In this document: in pieces, positions 51,197 to 63,243 of the stretch
Layout of the letters: every line of letters begins with the position of its first letter
Numbering within the stretch: position 1 is the first letter of the stretch
DNA from: Toensbergia leucococca
Lineage: Eukaryota
Length of the DNA stretch: 64,000 bases
Direction of reading: 5' to 3'
Assembly (NCBI GenBank): GCA_022813965.1
Contig: JALDZS010000127.1
Location: forward strand, 1-64,000
Program-made: the position numbers and the translations under genes
Notes under the pieces: model-generated
The model's database searches: none
What the model saw: only the letters and a program-made list of their open reading frames with translations
What the model was told of the DNA's origin: nothing

Positions 51197-53320
51197 TCAA
51201 CGCCAGCACCACAGTAGAACCCCAATCTCACAGCCCAAACAAAACCACCACCAGATCCCATTCCCACTCTTCCCCTGCTTTTCCTCCCAGTCCCACTTTG
51301 ACCTCCTTACACCTTCCTCATCTTCCGCCATTAAATCCTCCCTCTCTGGCACTGTCGGCGGCCAAACCATATATCTGACCGGTACCAGTGCTTTGAAAAT
51401 GCAAACCGTCATCTTGACCAAAGCACCGGTGAGTGGAAGCAGTGACTCCGTATCTTGGATGGAGGGGTTGGTGGTGTCATAGGATAAGAGGCGAAGGATG
51501 AGGGAAGAGGAAGCAAAGAAGGCGTAGAGGATGTAGAGTGGGGTGGGAAAAGCTAGGATGCGGGCGAGGAGAGGGAGACGAAGGCGTGAGGAACGTTCAT
51601 TTGTGGGGGAGGTGGTAGCGCCGCAGACGATGAAGGTGGAGGTGCGGAGGGAGGAGGGGAGGAGGGAGATGAGGCAGCGGTAGGCCATGTCTGATGAAAG
51701 ATTCAGCGATGTCATGGTATCGATCGATGTGGTGGCGTCGTCGTCGACGACGCAGTAGTTCAAGCCTTCAATGGCTCGTATTGCGAAGGCGTTACGGGTA
51801 GTACATACATGGAGATAACCATACTTGTTGACTCTCTTGGTTCTGGACTTGAGATTGTCCGACGTGATTGTACATTATGTATGTGTTGATCTTGTGAGCC
51901 AGAAAGGTACTAACGTACAGCATTTGGATCCAAAACACAGATATCGAGCGTGTGGATGACGCATTTGAAGTTGGAGTAGGAGTATCGTTCGGATATCTTG
52001 GAAGGAGGGCGATGGGAAGAAGTATCAAAGCCAAGCTTGTTGTCACAGGCGAATAATCCCTGAATGCATAAAGCATGTTGACAGCTCTCTGCAGTGGTGT
52101 CATCTGCGATGTGATGGCAGAACCTGGGAGATAGTACCCAAAATGCTGGCATACCTCCGCGCAGGCATCGATCTTTCCAAGCGTCAGCAGCCGACTATCT
52201 TCAGCAATGGAGTCAGACTCACCCAGCGCATACGCTGCTTCACCATCGCCCGCATCGAGTTTGGCGCGATACCTGATTGAAGCTCCTCTCTTACGAAGGC
52301 GATCTTCCAGCCTGCGTTGCCCAGCACGGCAGAGCACATGAAATCCTCTCCACACTCTGCTAGAGGCCAGCCGCCAATGTCTTCCAAGGCGCTTCGACGG
52401 ACTACGTAACCAGATCCTGTACACATGGCAGCGCCTAGGCGATCATTCAGGGCTTCCTGGAAAGTGAAGAACATTGTAAAGTCTGCTTGCTGGCCTAGGG
52501 GATCGTAGTAAGGAACATTGTAGTATCGCTAGAGTGTATGTTAGCAAGATCGCACTGAACATTGAGATCAGTCTTGGAGTACCTGTGGTGGGCACGCCAA
52601 AGCCAGTTTGTCGTCTAAGAGGAGGTGCGGTACCATTTTCCTCAACCAGTCGCGGTCAGGAATCATGTCGGCGTCGAGACCAGCAATGAACTCCGAGCTG
52701 CTTCGGCGTTTACTCACTTCGATACCATATCGAAGATTTCCAGCCTTGAAATACGAGCGGACTTCTAGCAACTTCTCACGCGAAAGGTAGGTGACCGAAG
52801 GTCTCTTCTGGATTTTCAAACGGACATTGAGTCTTGCAACAGCATGTCGAAGCTGGTCATCTTGGCCATCATCGAGTAGAAAGACATTAAACCGACCCAG
52901 GGGATAATCCTGTGCCGAAGCCGCATCAACAGTGTTAACGATCACATCGATGGGTTCGCCGCAGCATGTAATCAAGACATCTACGGAAGGGGCCACACCT
53001 CCACTTAACTGATACCTGGGACGAGGTTCGCTTGTTTTACTGCTGAAAAGACCGAGGATGATGTTCAGTGCAGTGATAGCATCTTGAAATGTCAAGAAAA
53101 ACTCCGCCAGTACAAGGATCCATATTCGCCAGATAAAAGGCGTCGTGCTCTTCTGTAATGACCGTGCGAATTCGAATTGGAAGAATATGTACAGTGACCA
53201 CAGTGACCATGCAGTGATATTGGAAAGCTGGAAAGCGAGCTCATGACTTTCGAACGGAAGCAATAGGGCAGGGAAATGTAGGATCGTGTAAGATCCACAA
53301 TCTCTATGGGAAATTGTCAT
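51197..53320 (-). CDS. Processive membrane GT2 glycosyltransferase (cellulose-synthase-like, CelA/Tft1 type)
   Basis: Two N-terminal TMs; DVLITCCGE, LDDG, KAGNL, LDAD, PQ, GSG, GED, QRMRW (D,D,D,QxxRW); C-terminal TMs; three GT-AG introns that join in frame. Confidence 0.88.
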
Positions 53321-53730
53321 GTCGTACGCTGCGACGACGAGGACCGTCTCTCGACCCTGACTTTTCTAGACCCTGACTTCGATCCGATTGCAGTACGGAT
53401 ACCACATTACGTAAGACGGGTATTCGGTACGAAGTAGCAGACGACGCCAAGCCTTCTATTGCGAAAGCGCCTTGCACTGCACAGAAGTACGAGCGATAAG
53501 CAGATGGCGCATCTGAGCATGTCGGTGGAAGGGTCCGTGCATACATACCCTCATGCGTGGCAAGACTGGGGGAAATGCAGCTACAGCTTTAGTTTTCGTG
53601 CGAACAGCGCTAGCCTAGGCTATGCAGATTCGTCAATTTGAAGACGATTCCAGACCTTATATGCATCCCATCCTTGGCTACATCATGAAGCCGCAGAAGA
53701 GGTTCCCAGAACGCAGACTTGGAGCAACAG

Positions 53731-54477
53731 ATGAAGATGGCCAATCCAGTGGAGATGGTAACGGAAGACCCCGCCTCATCTGGGCCGGAGTCTGTTAGCC
53801 GTTTAGATCGAAGCAGATTCAATTTTCAACATTCTTGGTTCGACAAAGACGTCCTTCCGGATTGGGAGAAGTTTACCGCATCATTAATCGGAAAGAAGCT
53901 GTACATACTGGAGGTTGGCTCATTCGAAGGTGCCTCGACCACTTGGATTCTAGACAACCTCATGACGCATCCTGATTCGAGCATCACCGTGGTAGACACC
54001 TTTGAGGGTGGGATGGAACACCAGGGCTCGGACATGTATGACATTGCCTCGCTCGAAAATCGCTTCCGCGCGAATGTTGGCAAATGTGAGCATGTGAACA
54101 AATTGCGCGTGATGAAAGCGACGAGTGATGATGCTCTGCTTGATCTCAGGCATGAGAAGGCGTGCTTTGATTTCATCTATATCGATGCTTCTCATGTGGC
54201 CATCGACGTGCTACATGATGCAGTTCTTTGCTGGAGAATGCTCAACCTCGACGGCACCATGGTATTTGATGATGTCGCCTGGAAAGGGTACATGGAAGAT
54301 TGCTACAACCCACGCATCGCCATCAAATCTTTCCTTCAGTGTGCGGAGCAGGAGCTGGAGTCAATCGAGACGGCAGGGCAGATGTGGGTTCGGAAGGTGG
54401 TGAATCACATACCTGCTACGCCGAACACGGACTCGGCATTGTATTATTGGGATAAGGGCATGGCAGTGAAATTATGA
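53731..54477 (+). CDS. Class I SAM-dependent methyltransferase (Methyltransf_24-like)
   Basis: ILEVGSFEG motif I, VDTFEG, FDFIYIDASH, G..VFDD; intronless. Confidence 0.85.
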   Translation: MKMANPVEMVTEDPASSGPESVSRLDRSRFNFQHSWFDKDVLPDWEKFTASLIGKKLYILEVGSFEGASTTWILDNLMTHPDSSITVVDTFEGGMEHQGSDMYDIASLENRFRANVGKCEHVNKLRVMKATSDDALLDLRHEKACFDFIYIDASHVAIDVLHDAVLCWRMLNLDGTMVFDDVAWKGYMEDCYNPRIAIKSFLQCAEQELESIETAGQMWVRKVVNHIPATPNTDSALYYWDKGMAVKL

Positions 54478-54751
54478 AGATATGCTTGGAAAGAAGGTGC
54501 CCATAGAACAGCCTCGGGTGAAACTCATCTATAGTATTAGTATACACTGTGGAAGCAAAAGATTGTTCCTCATCTATAATATGTCCATCCGAATCGCAAA
54601 AGACGTCGAGTCGGAGATTAGCTGTGCAAAAGATGGGATGGGCTAATGAAATGTTTCCTAGTGCCCAGACTAAGAGCTTATGAGGTGCAGAGCCCGAGAA
54701 CTCCAGGGCGTCATAATTCTTCATTGCTATCACCCCAATACCAGCGTCAGC

Positions 54752-55842
54752 ATGGCCCAGCGTGTTCCTCTTGACAGTCCAGAAAAAGTTATTCGGACTA
54801 TCGAAACAGATGGCGCCGTTATACTTACAGGCTTTTCTGATGTTAGTGATGTTGAAAGAGTAAGCGCAGATGCCGCCCCATACATTCGCGCGATACTTGC
54901 AGAGGTATGATGTTCTGGGTGACACTTGCTTCATATGGCTGCGTCCCAAGTGACTGATTGTAGCTGCCAGCGTCTCTCTAATAATCATGATCGAGGCACC
55001 GCTCGATGCACGCGACTGTTTGGACGAAGTAGGACGGCTCGAGAGGTTTGGCTCCAGCAGCCCGCCTTTCTCCAAATTATCAACCACTTTCTGCGAAGTG
55101 AGTCGATACCATACAACGACAAAACCTCAACCACACATAGTACCAATGCCATACTTTCGGCATCAGCAACCCTGGATATCGGACCTGGCGTTGAAGCACA
55201 AGATCTACACAGGGACGATTTTATCTGGCACCAGACTCATGCAGCTCAAAGTAATGGGTACAAGCTGGGATCTGATATTGGTATGGGTCTGTTGGTTCCA
55301 GGCGTAAGGACCACGAAAGAGAATGGAGCAACCCTGGTGAATACCTTTCCTAAGCGGGACCCCCGGGTATTCTAAGATAGACTGAGTATACATAGTTCGT
55401 TCCTGGATCACACCTATGGGACCACTCGAGACGACCAAGAGCCGACGAGGCAACAGCGGCCGAGATGGCTGTAGGTGAAGCTTTCTTGTTTCTTGGATCT
55501 ACCGTGCACGCCGGCGGTGCAAACTCGACACTAGACAGCAGGCCTGTCCATGGATTTTTCTTTTGTCGATCATGGATCCGACCGGAGGTATTGCATATTT
55601 TGTCTCCCTTCCTTTCACTGCTGAATGTGAAACAGGAGAATCACCACATGTGGTTTACCAAGGATGAGGTTCGCACATGGTCCTCTGCGGCTCAGAGGCA
55701 AGCAGGATACGTTCTGGATAGTCCCTTCGTTGGGCACTGCAATGAGACCGATCCTATCCGTCTCTTCCGAGCTAACGATAGAAGTATCGAATACGAGAAT
55801 ACCTCTTGCCCGAGCAGCTGCTCTGAACTCGGCGCAGGTTGA
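54752..55842 (+). CDS. PhyH-family Fe(II)/2-oxoglutarate dioxygenase
   Basis: QDLHRDD (HxD), NGAT..VPGSHLW, TVHAGGAN (distal His), following Arg, RPEEN; three introns. Confidence 0.9.
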
Positions 55843-56632
55843 TCTTATGAAGGGTCGTGCGGAGGACGACTTCAGTGGGTGACTCGACAAACGCCGACTG
55901 ATACATCCAACATGGTACAGGGGGCTTAGACGTGGTGTTGATGGGGACATCAGGTGTATATAATAGCCGCTAGGAAGATGTGATTTCTCCACTTCATATT
56001 CGTCTTCATACCTACAGCCAGTCAGCGGTAATGCTATGGAAGAGGAGAATTCAGTACCTAGTACTTAGCATTCATTTTTGGATGCCATAAACGTTGAGCG
56101 CACATGTTGTGTCGCTGTGGGGCAACGACGATGATGAGGGTGCCGTCTGACACATCTTGGCCGTTCTCCGAGACCTCTGTGAAATGTACGAGTGTGAGTA
56201 GTATTCGACACTCCCTCGACTGCTGCTGGTGATGATGAAAATGATTAAAAAACTTGGATGATACGGTAATCGCACTAGGCCAATCTAAGCTAGAATAGGC
56301 GCTGAGGCTGGGAACCTAAGAGCCGCCACTCCGCTGGAAAACGGGGCCGACGTCACTCACGTCAACCTCTTACTTTTTGTATTTAATTTTTTATGTCTGA
56401 AGATCGATCATGATGATGCTCTCTGTCGATAAATATTTCATAAAAGCTTCTCAGCAGGCCTCACAGACCTTCCATCATTCGCTGATCACTGCCGTCACAA
56501 GTGCAATGACCTTGTAGAATAGGCTTCAGCAGAGGCAAGATGCCTCTACGAGCTGCGGCCTCTCGTATTATATCCTCGCTGGTCCGCCTTCTGATCTCTT
56601 CGCCCTTCGCTCAATCTGCAAGAAGAACAGAT

Positions 56633-58364
56633 ATGAGCCCAGAATACAATTCAATCAAGCCTGCCGTCAGGGATAGAATCCTCTTACTCGGGGCTATCCT
56701 CACGCTGGGCAATCTCGCCGCCGTCATCCATCAGAGCTCCCGCGTCTACCTCTATCAGCAATCTTTATGTCTCACTTACTACAAAGCCCACGATCCCACA
56801 CAGATTGACTTCCAGTCTCGGGTCGAGGAATCCATGTGTAAGGTCGATCAAGTCCAATCGCAACTTGCCGTAATAGACGGCATCGATTCGTTTCTTTCTT
56901 GCATCCCAGGTAAGTATCAGAATAGCCGTGCCGGCGTCTTACTGCGGCTGGCTACTACAATTTCTCCACAGTGAAGTCACTAGAGAGCGCATGCTAATTA
57001 ACGTTCTGTGCAATGGTAGCACTACTTGTCCTTGCAACATACAGGGAACTTCTACCACACGTTGGCTTGAGCCGTCTACTGATCGCTAGCTTCTGTTGTT
57101 CTGCGCTGGCCGTGATCTACTCTATCGGTAATTGTACGCTGATCATTAATCCCTCGCCAGTAGGAATGGTATAAGGCTAATCCGCCGTAAAGTCTTCCTC
57201 CATCAATCATGGACCCCTAGTGCAATACTCTGCTCCTTCGTCTTCGACCTCTTAGGCGGTGGTGAGTTCACGCGAATAGCTATCGTCACTACGTGTGTTG
57301 CACAAATTACGCCCCCTGAAAGATTGTAGGTAATTGTACTTCTCGTTCTCCAGTACCACTCTGTGTCGATAAACGTCTCTCACCATTCTCCAGAACAAAT
57401 GTGTACAATTATATCAGCGGCTGTTATCTACTGGCAAGCGTCAGCGGATCAGCAATCGGCTCTTCGTTATTAAGCCGCCATGTTTACCTTCTCAACGCTC
57501 TTTCCGTCCTTGGCTATATTCTTACTGCATTTGTTGCCGCTGCTATCTCGACCGAGTTCGGGCGAAAGCCGAATGGTACCCAAGACCCAATTACCTTCCT
57601 ACTGGCAGCGGAGGATCCTGACTCATCGTCGAATAGATCAAACAGCTCTCTCCAGGTCCGTATCATCTTTCGCAAGGGGTCGTTCTCACTGACCCGCTTT
57701 CTAGCGGTCACTCACCACTATTCTGCTTCAGTCATGGTATTCATCCTATCTATCGATCGTTACGCTCTTTAACGTATCCAATCCAACGTTCACCGTTCAG
57801 CTCCTCTTTCTGATTAATGCTCTCGCTCTTCGTGTTGAAGTGCTCCTTCCCCAGTACACCTCCTTGACTCTCCACTGGCCGCTATCAACGGTAAATTCGG
57901 TTTTAGCGCTTAAATCGCTTGTCACTTCGGTGGCTCTCTTTGCCCTCCCATCTCTCCGCAAACGCTATCTGGAACCACGTATGAGTACCGCTGAAGTCGA
58001 TCTATTTATCACCCAAATGTCGCTGTTCGCAAATGCTATTGGTATGGTTTGCCTTGGATTCTCCGCTTCCGCAGGCTTCTTCATTCTAGCACTCTGTGTA
58101 TATACAAGTGGCATGGGTTTAGCCGATTCATTGACTTCTTATGGGACCTCTACTTTGCCGGCTGAGGATGAAATTGGTAACTTCTACGTTCGCCAAGGAC
58201 TGATCAACATCCTTGCCGCAATGGCTGGCGCACCAATATGGTCGGGCTTATTCAGCTTCATCCTGAAGCGTGGAATGCTGCCACTTGGAACACCATTTTG
58301 GGCGTGTACGTTGTTGTTCGGCGCTGGAATTGCCGGCGTTGCCGCTTTGAAGAGGAGACTGTAG
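56633..58364 (+). CDS. MFS transporter
   Basis: Multiple TM segments, luminal C...EESMCK.DQVQ loop, DLLGGG, LLPQY; exons join in frame; start could instead be 56540. Confidence 0.8.
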
Positions 58365-59157
58365 AAAGATCCAACGGCAGAAGCATACTTGCATGATATA
58401 TTTCTTTCGTGACACGAAGTGGTGCGGATACCGAAGGCAAGGGTATAGAATACCAATGTATCGTCTTGTTCGACAACGCTCACAATAGAAGCTGGCTCTC
58501 TTCGACATACGAGATCTGATCGGCTACGTCATTTAGCCGGATTTTCCGTACTCATTTGTTATGCCTTGTCGCCTGAACAGCCGCCCAGAAAAGCCATAAA
58601 ATTGCTGAACAAAGGCCCAAATAGGTAATAGAGACCAAAAGATTCGAGCCGCGAGTATCATCAGATACGTGCCTAGCTATTCTAACAAGCGACCAAGGAA
58701 CTGAGTACACGTAGCTCCTACACGTCGCTCAATCATCGCAATTCTTCATTGACGAACTTTGGTGGAAATTTATGTGTGTATTTTCACCCCTTTTTTAAAA
58801 CATCGTCGCCCTCAATAAATATATAACGAACGTAATCACGAGCGGCATGTTTGAGAGTTTGCCAGCAGAGCCCCCTCTATATGAGTAAGCCGAAGATACC
58901 AGCAGAACTCCCAAAATTCCAAAACACCGAAATCGGCCAATGGCATAACCAACAAGCGTGTCCAAGGCGGCGACGTGCGCCGACGACGAGGTGAAGCTGG
59001 CCAAGCTCCGTACTTTGTGTTGGGATCGAATTCAACAAAACATCGACAAAGACGGGGAAGTGTGAAATGATAGGTGACCGCATCGAAGTACAGGCCACCA
59101 CCGATTTGTAATCTCCGCCTCCTTGTTCAAGACCCCTAGTCGTGCCAGGCCATGATA

Positions 59158-61304
59158 CTACCGGGCAGCAAAGTCGGTAATCTTCAAACATTGCGGGTGC
59201 CAAAGATCGTACTCTAGCTCTTCCCAGTCAATCTCACGATTCCCATATGCCGGCTTCTCAGGACTCAACTGTCGCAAGACCGGCCACATGGGTATATAAC
59301 CTATTAAAAAAGAATTAGAGGCGTTTGCCATGGTGTGAAACTCGCAGTTCTCTGGAGACTCACATTCTTCCTGAACAATGACATTAGTCCTCTAATATGC
59401 CCAACGTGGAGAAGACGGCGCGCAGTAAGTACTTACATCCCATGCACATATTCGATCGCATCCCATCCAATGCGGAGCCCAGCCCAACCAAGCCGTGAGC
59501 TCTTCAATCCTGTTGTGCCATATTCGCATTTCGACGCGGGATCGTTGCAATTGCTCGTTGCCAGGACTCTCGAGGTTATGGTTGAAATACCGAAGCCAGG
59601 TTTCCTCAATTGATCGACCAGCGCCAACAAGCACGGAGCAAACACTGTCCATCACTTCTTCGATTGCCTGGCCGACAAAATCGTGATCCAACCCCTTTGG
59701 CTCTGCGTTGTGTACCTCGTACTGAACCGGCCAGGGTAAAAATGCGCGTTTGCAGCGGTCCAGAGAAGCTTCGATGTTTTCGACCGATGTTGTCCCCGTC
59801 TCAGATGGATATTCAAAGAATGGCATCAGTAAAGAATGTGCTCGTTCTCGAAGCAAGGCAAACCGTTGTCTGGAGTCGACTGGTGGTCCACCGCGCTCTT
59901 TAACAAGGTTGTGTTGAAGGAGTTGTCGAAATTGCATAAGACGCTTAGCAAAGTTGTTGACGATCATTTCACACGTGTGACTCCACGAGATAGTATGCTT
60001 GTCATGAGGATTTTGACTGACGAGACGAGTCACCATCTGCTCCATCTCTCGACGGAAGTTAGCAACTTCCTGCGGACTTAAATTTCCGACGCTATGCCTC
60101 GACCGTCGCCGCATCAAGTCGTTCATAGCATCTCGTCTTGGTTGCCGATCTGAAACACCCTGCCAGAACCCATCTGAGGTCAGGTTGAGCTGCTCTCGTT
60201 CGTGTTCAGCCAGTTTGGTCATGAGTCCTTGGTATGCCGGCGAGTACAGACTAACAGGGTCTGTGTCTAGCAGCCTGATGCTAGATTCCCTGTTGGACGC
60301 CAGATCTTCCGAGCTATACGCTCTACTCGCGCTCGTGAACCAATCCCATTGCTGCGAGGCAACGAATGGTTCGTGCTCCCAATCGATCTCCCACTCCGGG
60401 GCAGGAAGATCATCATCTACTTCATTCCCGTGATCAGCAACAGACCGAGGGAGCTTATATTTCTCCGGATCTTTGATCAGAGGAGATGTCCTATTGTACC
60501 CGAGAAGCGGCACCGAGACATTCAATCGCGAAACCAATCTCAGTGACGGGCTAGAGAAATCGCACCAGATGAGCTCAAACCCCGCACTCATTCTCACAAT
60601 ACCCTCAATGCCTTGACCAGGAGCGTCCAAGTTCTGTTCATGCAACCACGCGCACAATCGCCGAGCACGAGCGTATTCATCCCAGAGAAATTTGGCGCTG
60701 GAGTTTGCACCTGGCGGGCCAGTGATGTTGCCGTACACAAGCAGCATTTGCGTATCCATGGTGCCATTTTCTCGCAGCGCTCCAGAAGCGCCATCAAAGT
60801 ATAAGCATTTGGCGGATTGCGTGGTCTGATATGTCGACAGGAAAGAGTCTCGTGTGGAGCCCATAATGCCGTATGCCATTTCCCTATCCAAATCCACAAT
60901 TCTCAGCCATGAAAGTGAGTGCATCTCAAGCAAAGGCGCTAAGAAGCTTCCGTTTGCGCCCAAACGCTAGAAAATAAATGTGATACCTACGGTGTCGATG
61001 CCAACCATTCTGGGCTTTGAGGAGGCTCATCATTTAGCCATCCATGGTACAAGGGAGTATAGGCAGGAATCTCACAAGGGGCGACGGAGAAGCCGTTGGG
61101 GAAGAAAGTATTGTAGCCCTGACGTAAGAGACCATGCACGCTGGAAAAGATGTGTGGAGCTGGGGAGGAGAAGTTCAAGCGTGGTTCTTGGGGGGGTGAT
61201 GATGTAGTAGTGGTGGACTCGTCGAAAAGAGGTTGCTGATGCATACTTTGGCCTTGAACGAGTGAGTGCCAGCAGAATAGTAGCGCGCAGAAGAAGGGTG
61301 ACAT
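59158..61304 (-). CDS. Secreted uncharacterised fungal protein (resembles the YOR389W/YIL067C-like family, from memory)
   Basis: Signal peptide; TPLYHG, PEWLA, LYFDG, MDTQ, EYARA..LC.W, GIVRM..GFELIWCDF; C-terminal C..DEECYIPMWP built through a 7-nt microexon 59364-59370. Confidence 0.75.
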
Positions 61305-61571
61305 GGTCGGTAACTTGGTGTTGTAGTGATATCAGGCATGAGAACGGGGTGGAGGTCTGCAAGTCCAGGACGATGGTTCCCTTTTGACAGCTTGGAATTT
61401 ATTCCTATAGCTAACGATTGCGCTACTGCAGGATTACAATCCTGCTCATATTTGTGTGGGTGGCAAATATGTCGTCTTGCTACTACCATCATAGAAATGC
61501 TAATACTGTATTAATACTTCTAGGTAGAACCTTGATTATCTACACTTTGTCTCTACAACCTGATCACTGCC

Positions 61572-63243
61572 TCACGAAACTACTTCATTGCGCACGAGAG
61601 TGCGACCTTCTGTTGTCTCGACCGTTCTAGGCCGTGGCTTCCTTCCGCTAAAAATGACAACCAGAGCCAGCATGACCGAGCATATGGCGCTGAGCGAAAG
61701 AGACATGGCTCCCCATCCAAAATGCACCCTAACGAATCCAGTGTAGAGTGGGCCCACCAAGCCTCCGGCTGCTGAAGTGGTATTCATCAGCCCGAAAGCC
61801 TGTGCATACGCACCATGTCGTCCGAAGACACCGGGTGTGTCATTCTCCAACGCCAGAACAACCTTGGACGCTTCCACACTCAGAGGCGACGACGCAAAAG
61901 CAAGACATATTCCAATGAATACGAGCAACACGATTAGCTTCAGGAAAGGCTTGGAGGTGCTGCCTGTGACAAGCTTTAGAAGAACTAAGCTTGGGATCGC
62001 AACAGCGAAACCACTGGCTACGGGCAATCTGGCGCCATATCGATCGGTGAGCGATCCGGCTATGGGTGCAAGGAACATCGGTAACGCCAGTGCAAGGAAT
62101 AAAGTTGCCGCATGAGTTGACTTCATATCAAACTCATCCTTGATATATGGTGCCAAAACAGCGTCAAAGCCGCACCCAATACTCATCAGGATGAAACCGC
62201 CCAGTATTGCAGTGAGGAACCGTGGCGAGCACAGCAAGGTGGGGACAGCACTCCTGGGGACAACGAGTTTGGCCAGCAGAGGCTCTGTTTCGGGATAGCA
62301 CTCTATGCTGGGGGCTTCTTGGATGCCCCCATCTGGCGAGCTGCAGTCTTGGCCAGATCCACTCAATTTGGGGGGCAGACTACCACTGCTATCGGCTTCT
62401 TGAACCACAGCAGTGGAACCACGTGACGACTTTGCTTCGATAACCATCAATCGTAATATCCCCTCAACCACGATTAAGCCAAATGCTGGGTAAAAGACCT
62501 GGAAATAGCCACCGTACTCGTAGAGGACTCCACCAAGTACAGGGCCAAGGAGTAACCCCGAGCTCAACGCCATGCTGGTATAACCCATGGCTTTCCCAAT
62601 ATGCTCTGGACCAACGACGTCATTAAGCAACGCCATGCCAAGTGTGCTGACAATCGCCGTCGACAAGCCTTCCAGAAGCCGAGCTATCAGGAGGACAGGT
62701 AGGCTGCTACCCAAGGCGAAGCAAAGCGTGGATGCTGCCAGCACAATGAGTCCGAGAACAAAGGGCGTTCGTCGACCTGGTATCCTGTCTCCAATCCACC
62801 CGAAGAGCACTAGACACTCAGAGCACGATGTTAGCTATCTCATTTTGGATTGCTCAACGAGTAATTGGACATGTCGTTCGATCTCATGTAGTACTTCCGA
62901 AGCATTGTATCATCGGCCTGTGCATGGATAATAACGTACTGGATCCAAACATGAGAGCGCCGCCATAAGATGCCAATAGGATAGAGTTCCATTTTTGTAT
63001 TTCCTCTTTTCGGAAGAGTCCGACACGTTGTTGAAGTGCGTATGGGAGCACTGGCACGACAAGATTCTGGAGCAGTATGTCGGTGAAGATGGCAACGCAT
63101 ACAACAAAGGTGGTGAACGTCTTCGAGGATCGAAAGCTTTGCGCGAACATTCCGAATGCCTTGTATCTGGAAGCCTCGATGGGTGTGCTTTCTATGCTGC
63201 TGATGGATGTACGAGACTCCTGATATCGGGCGTTGTCATCCAT
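61572..63243 (-). CDS. MFS transporter, vesicular amine transporter (SLC18/DHA1)-like
   Basis: FTD....LVVPVLPYAL, GWIGDR..RR, ARLLEG, GPVLGG, GAYAQAFGLMN; one intron. Confidence 0.88.
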
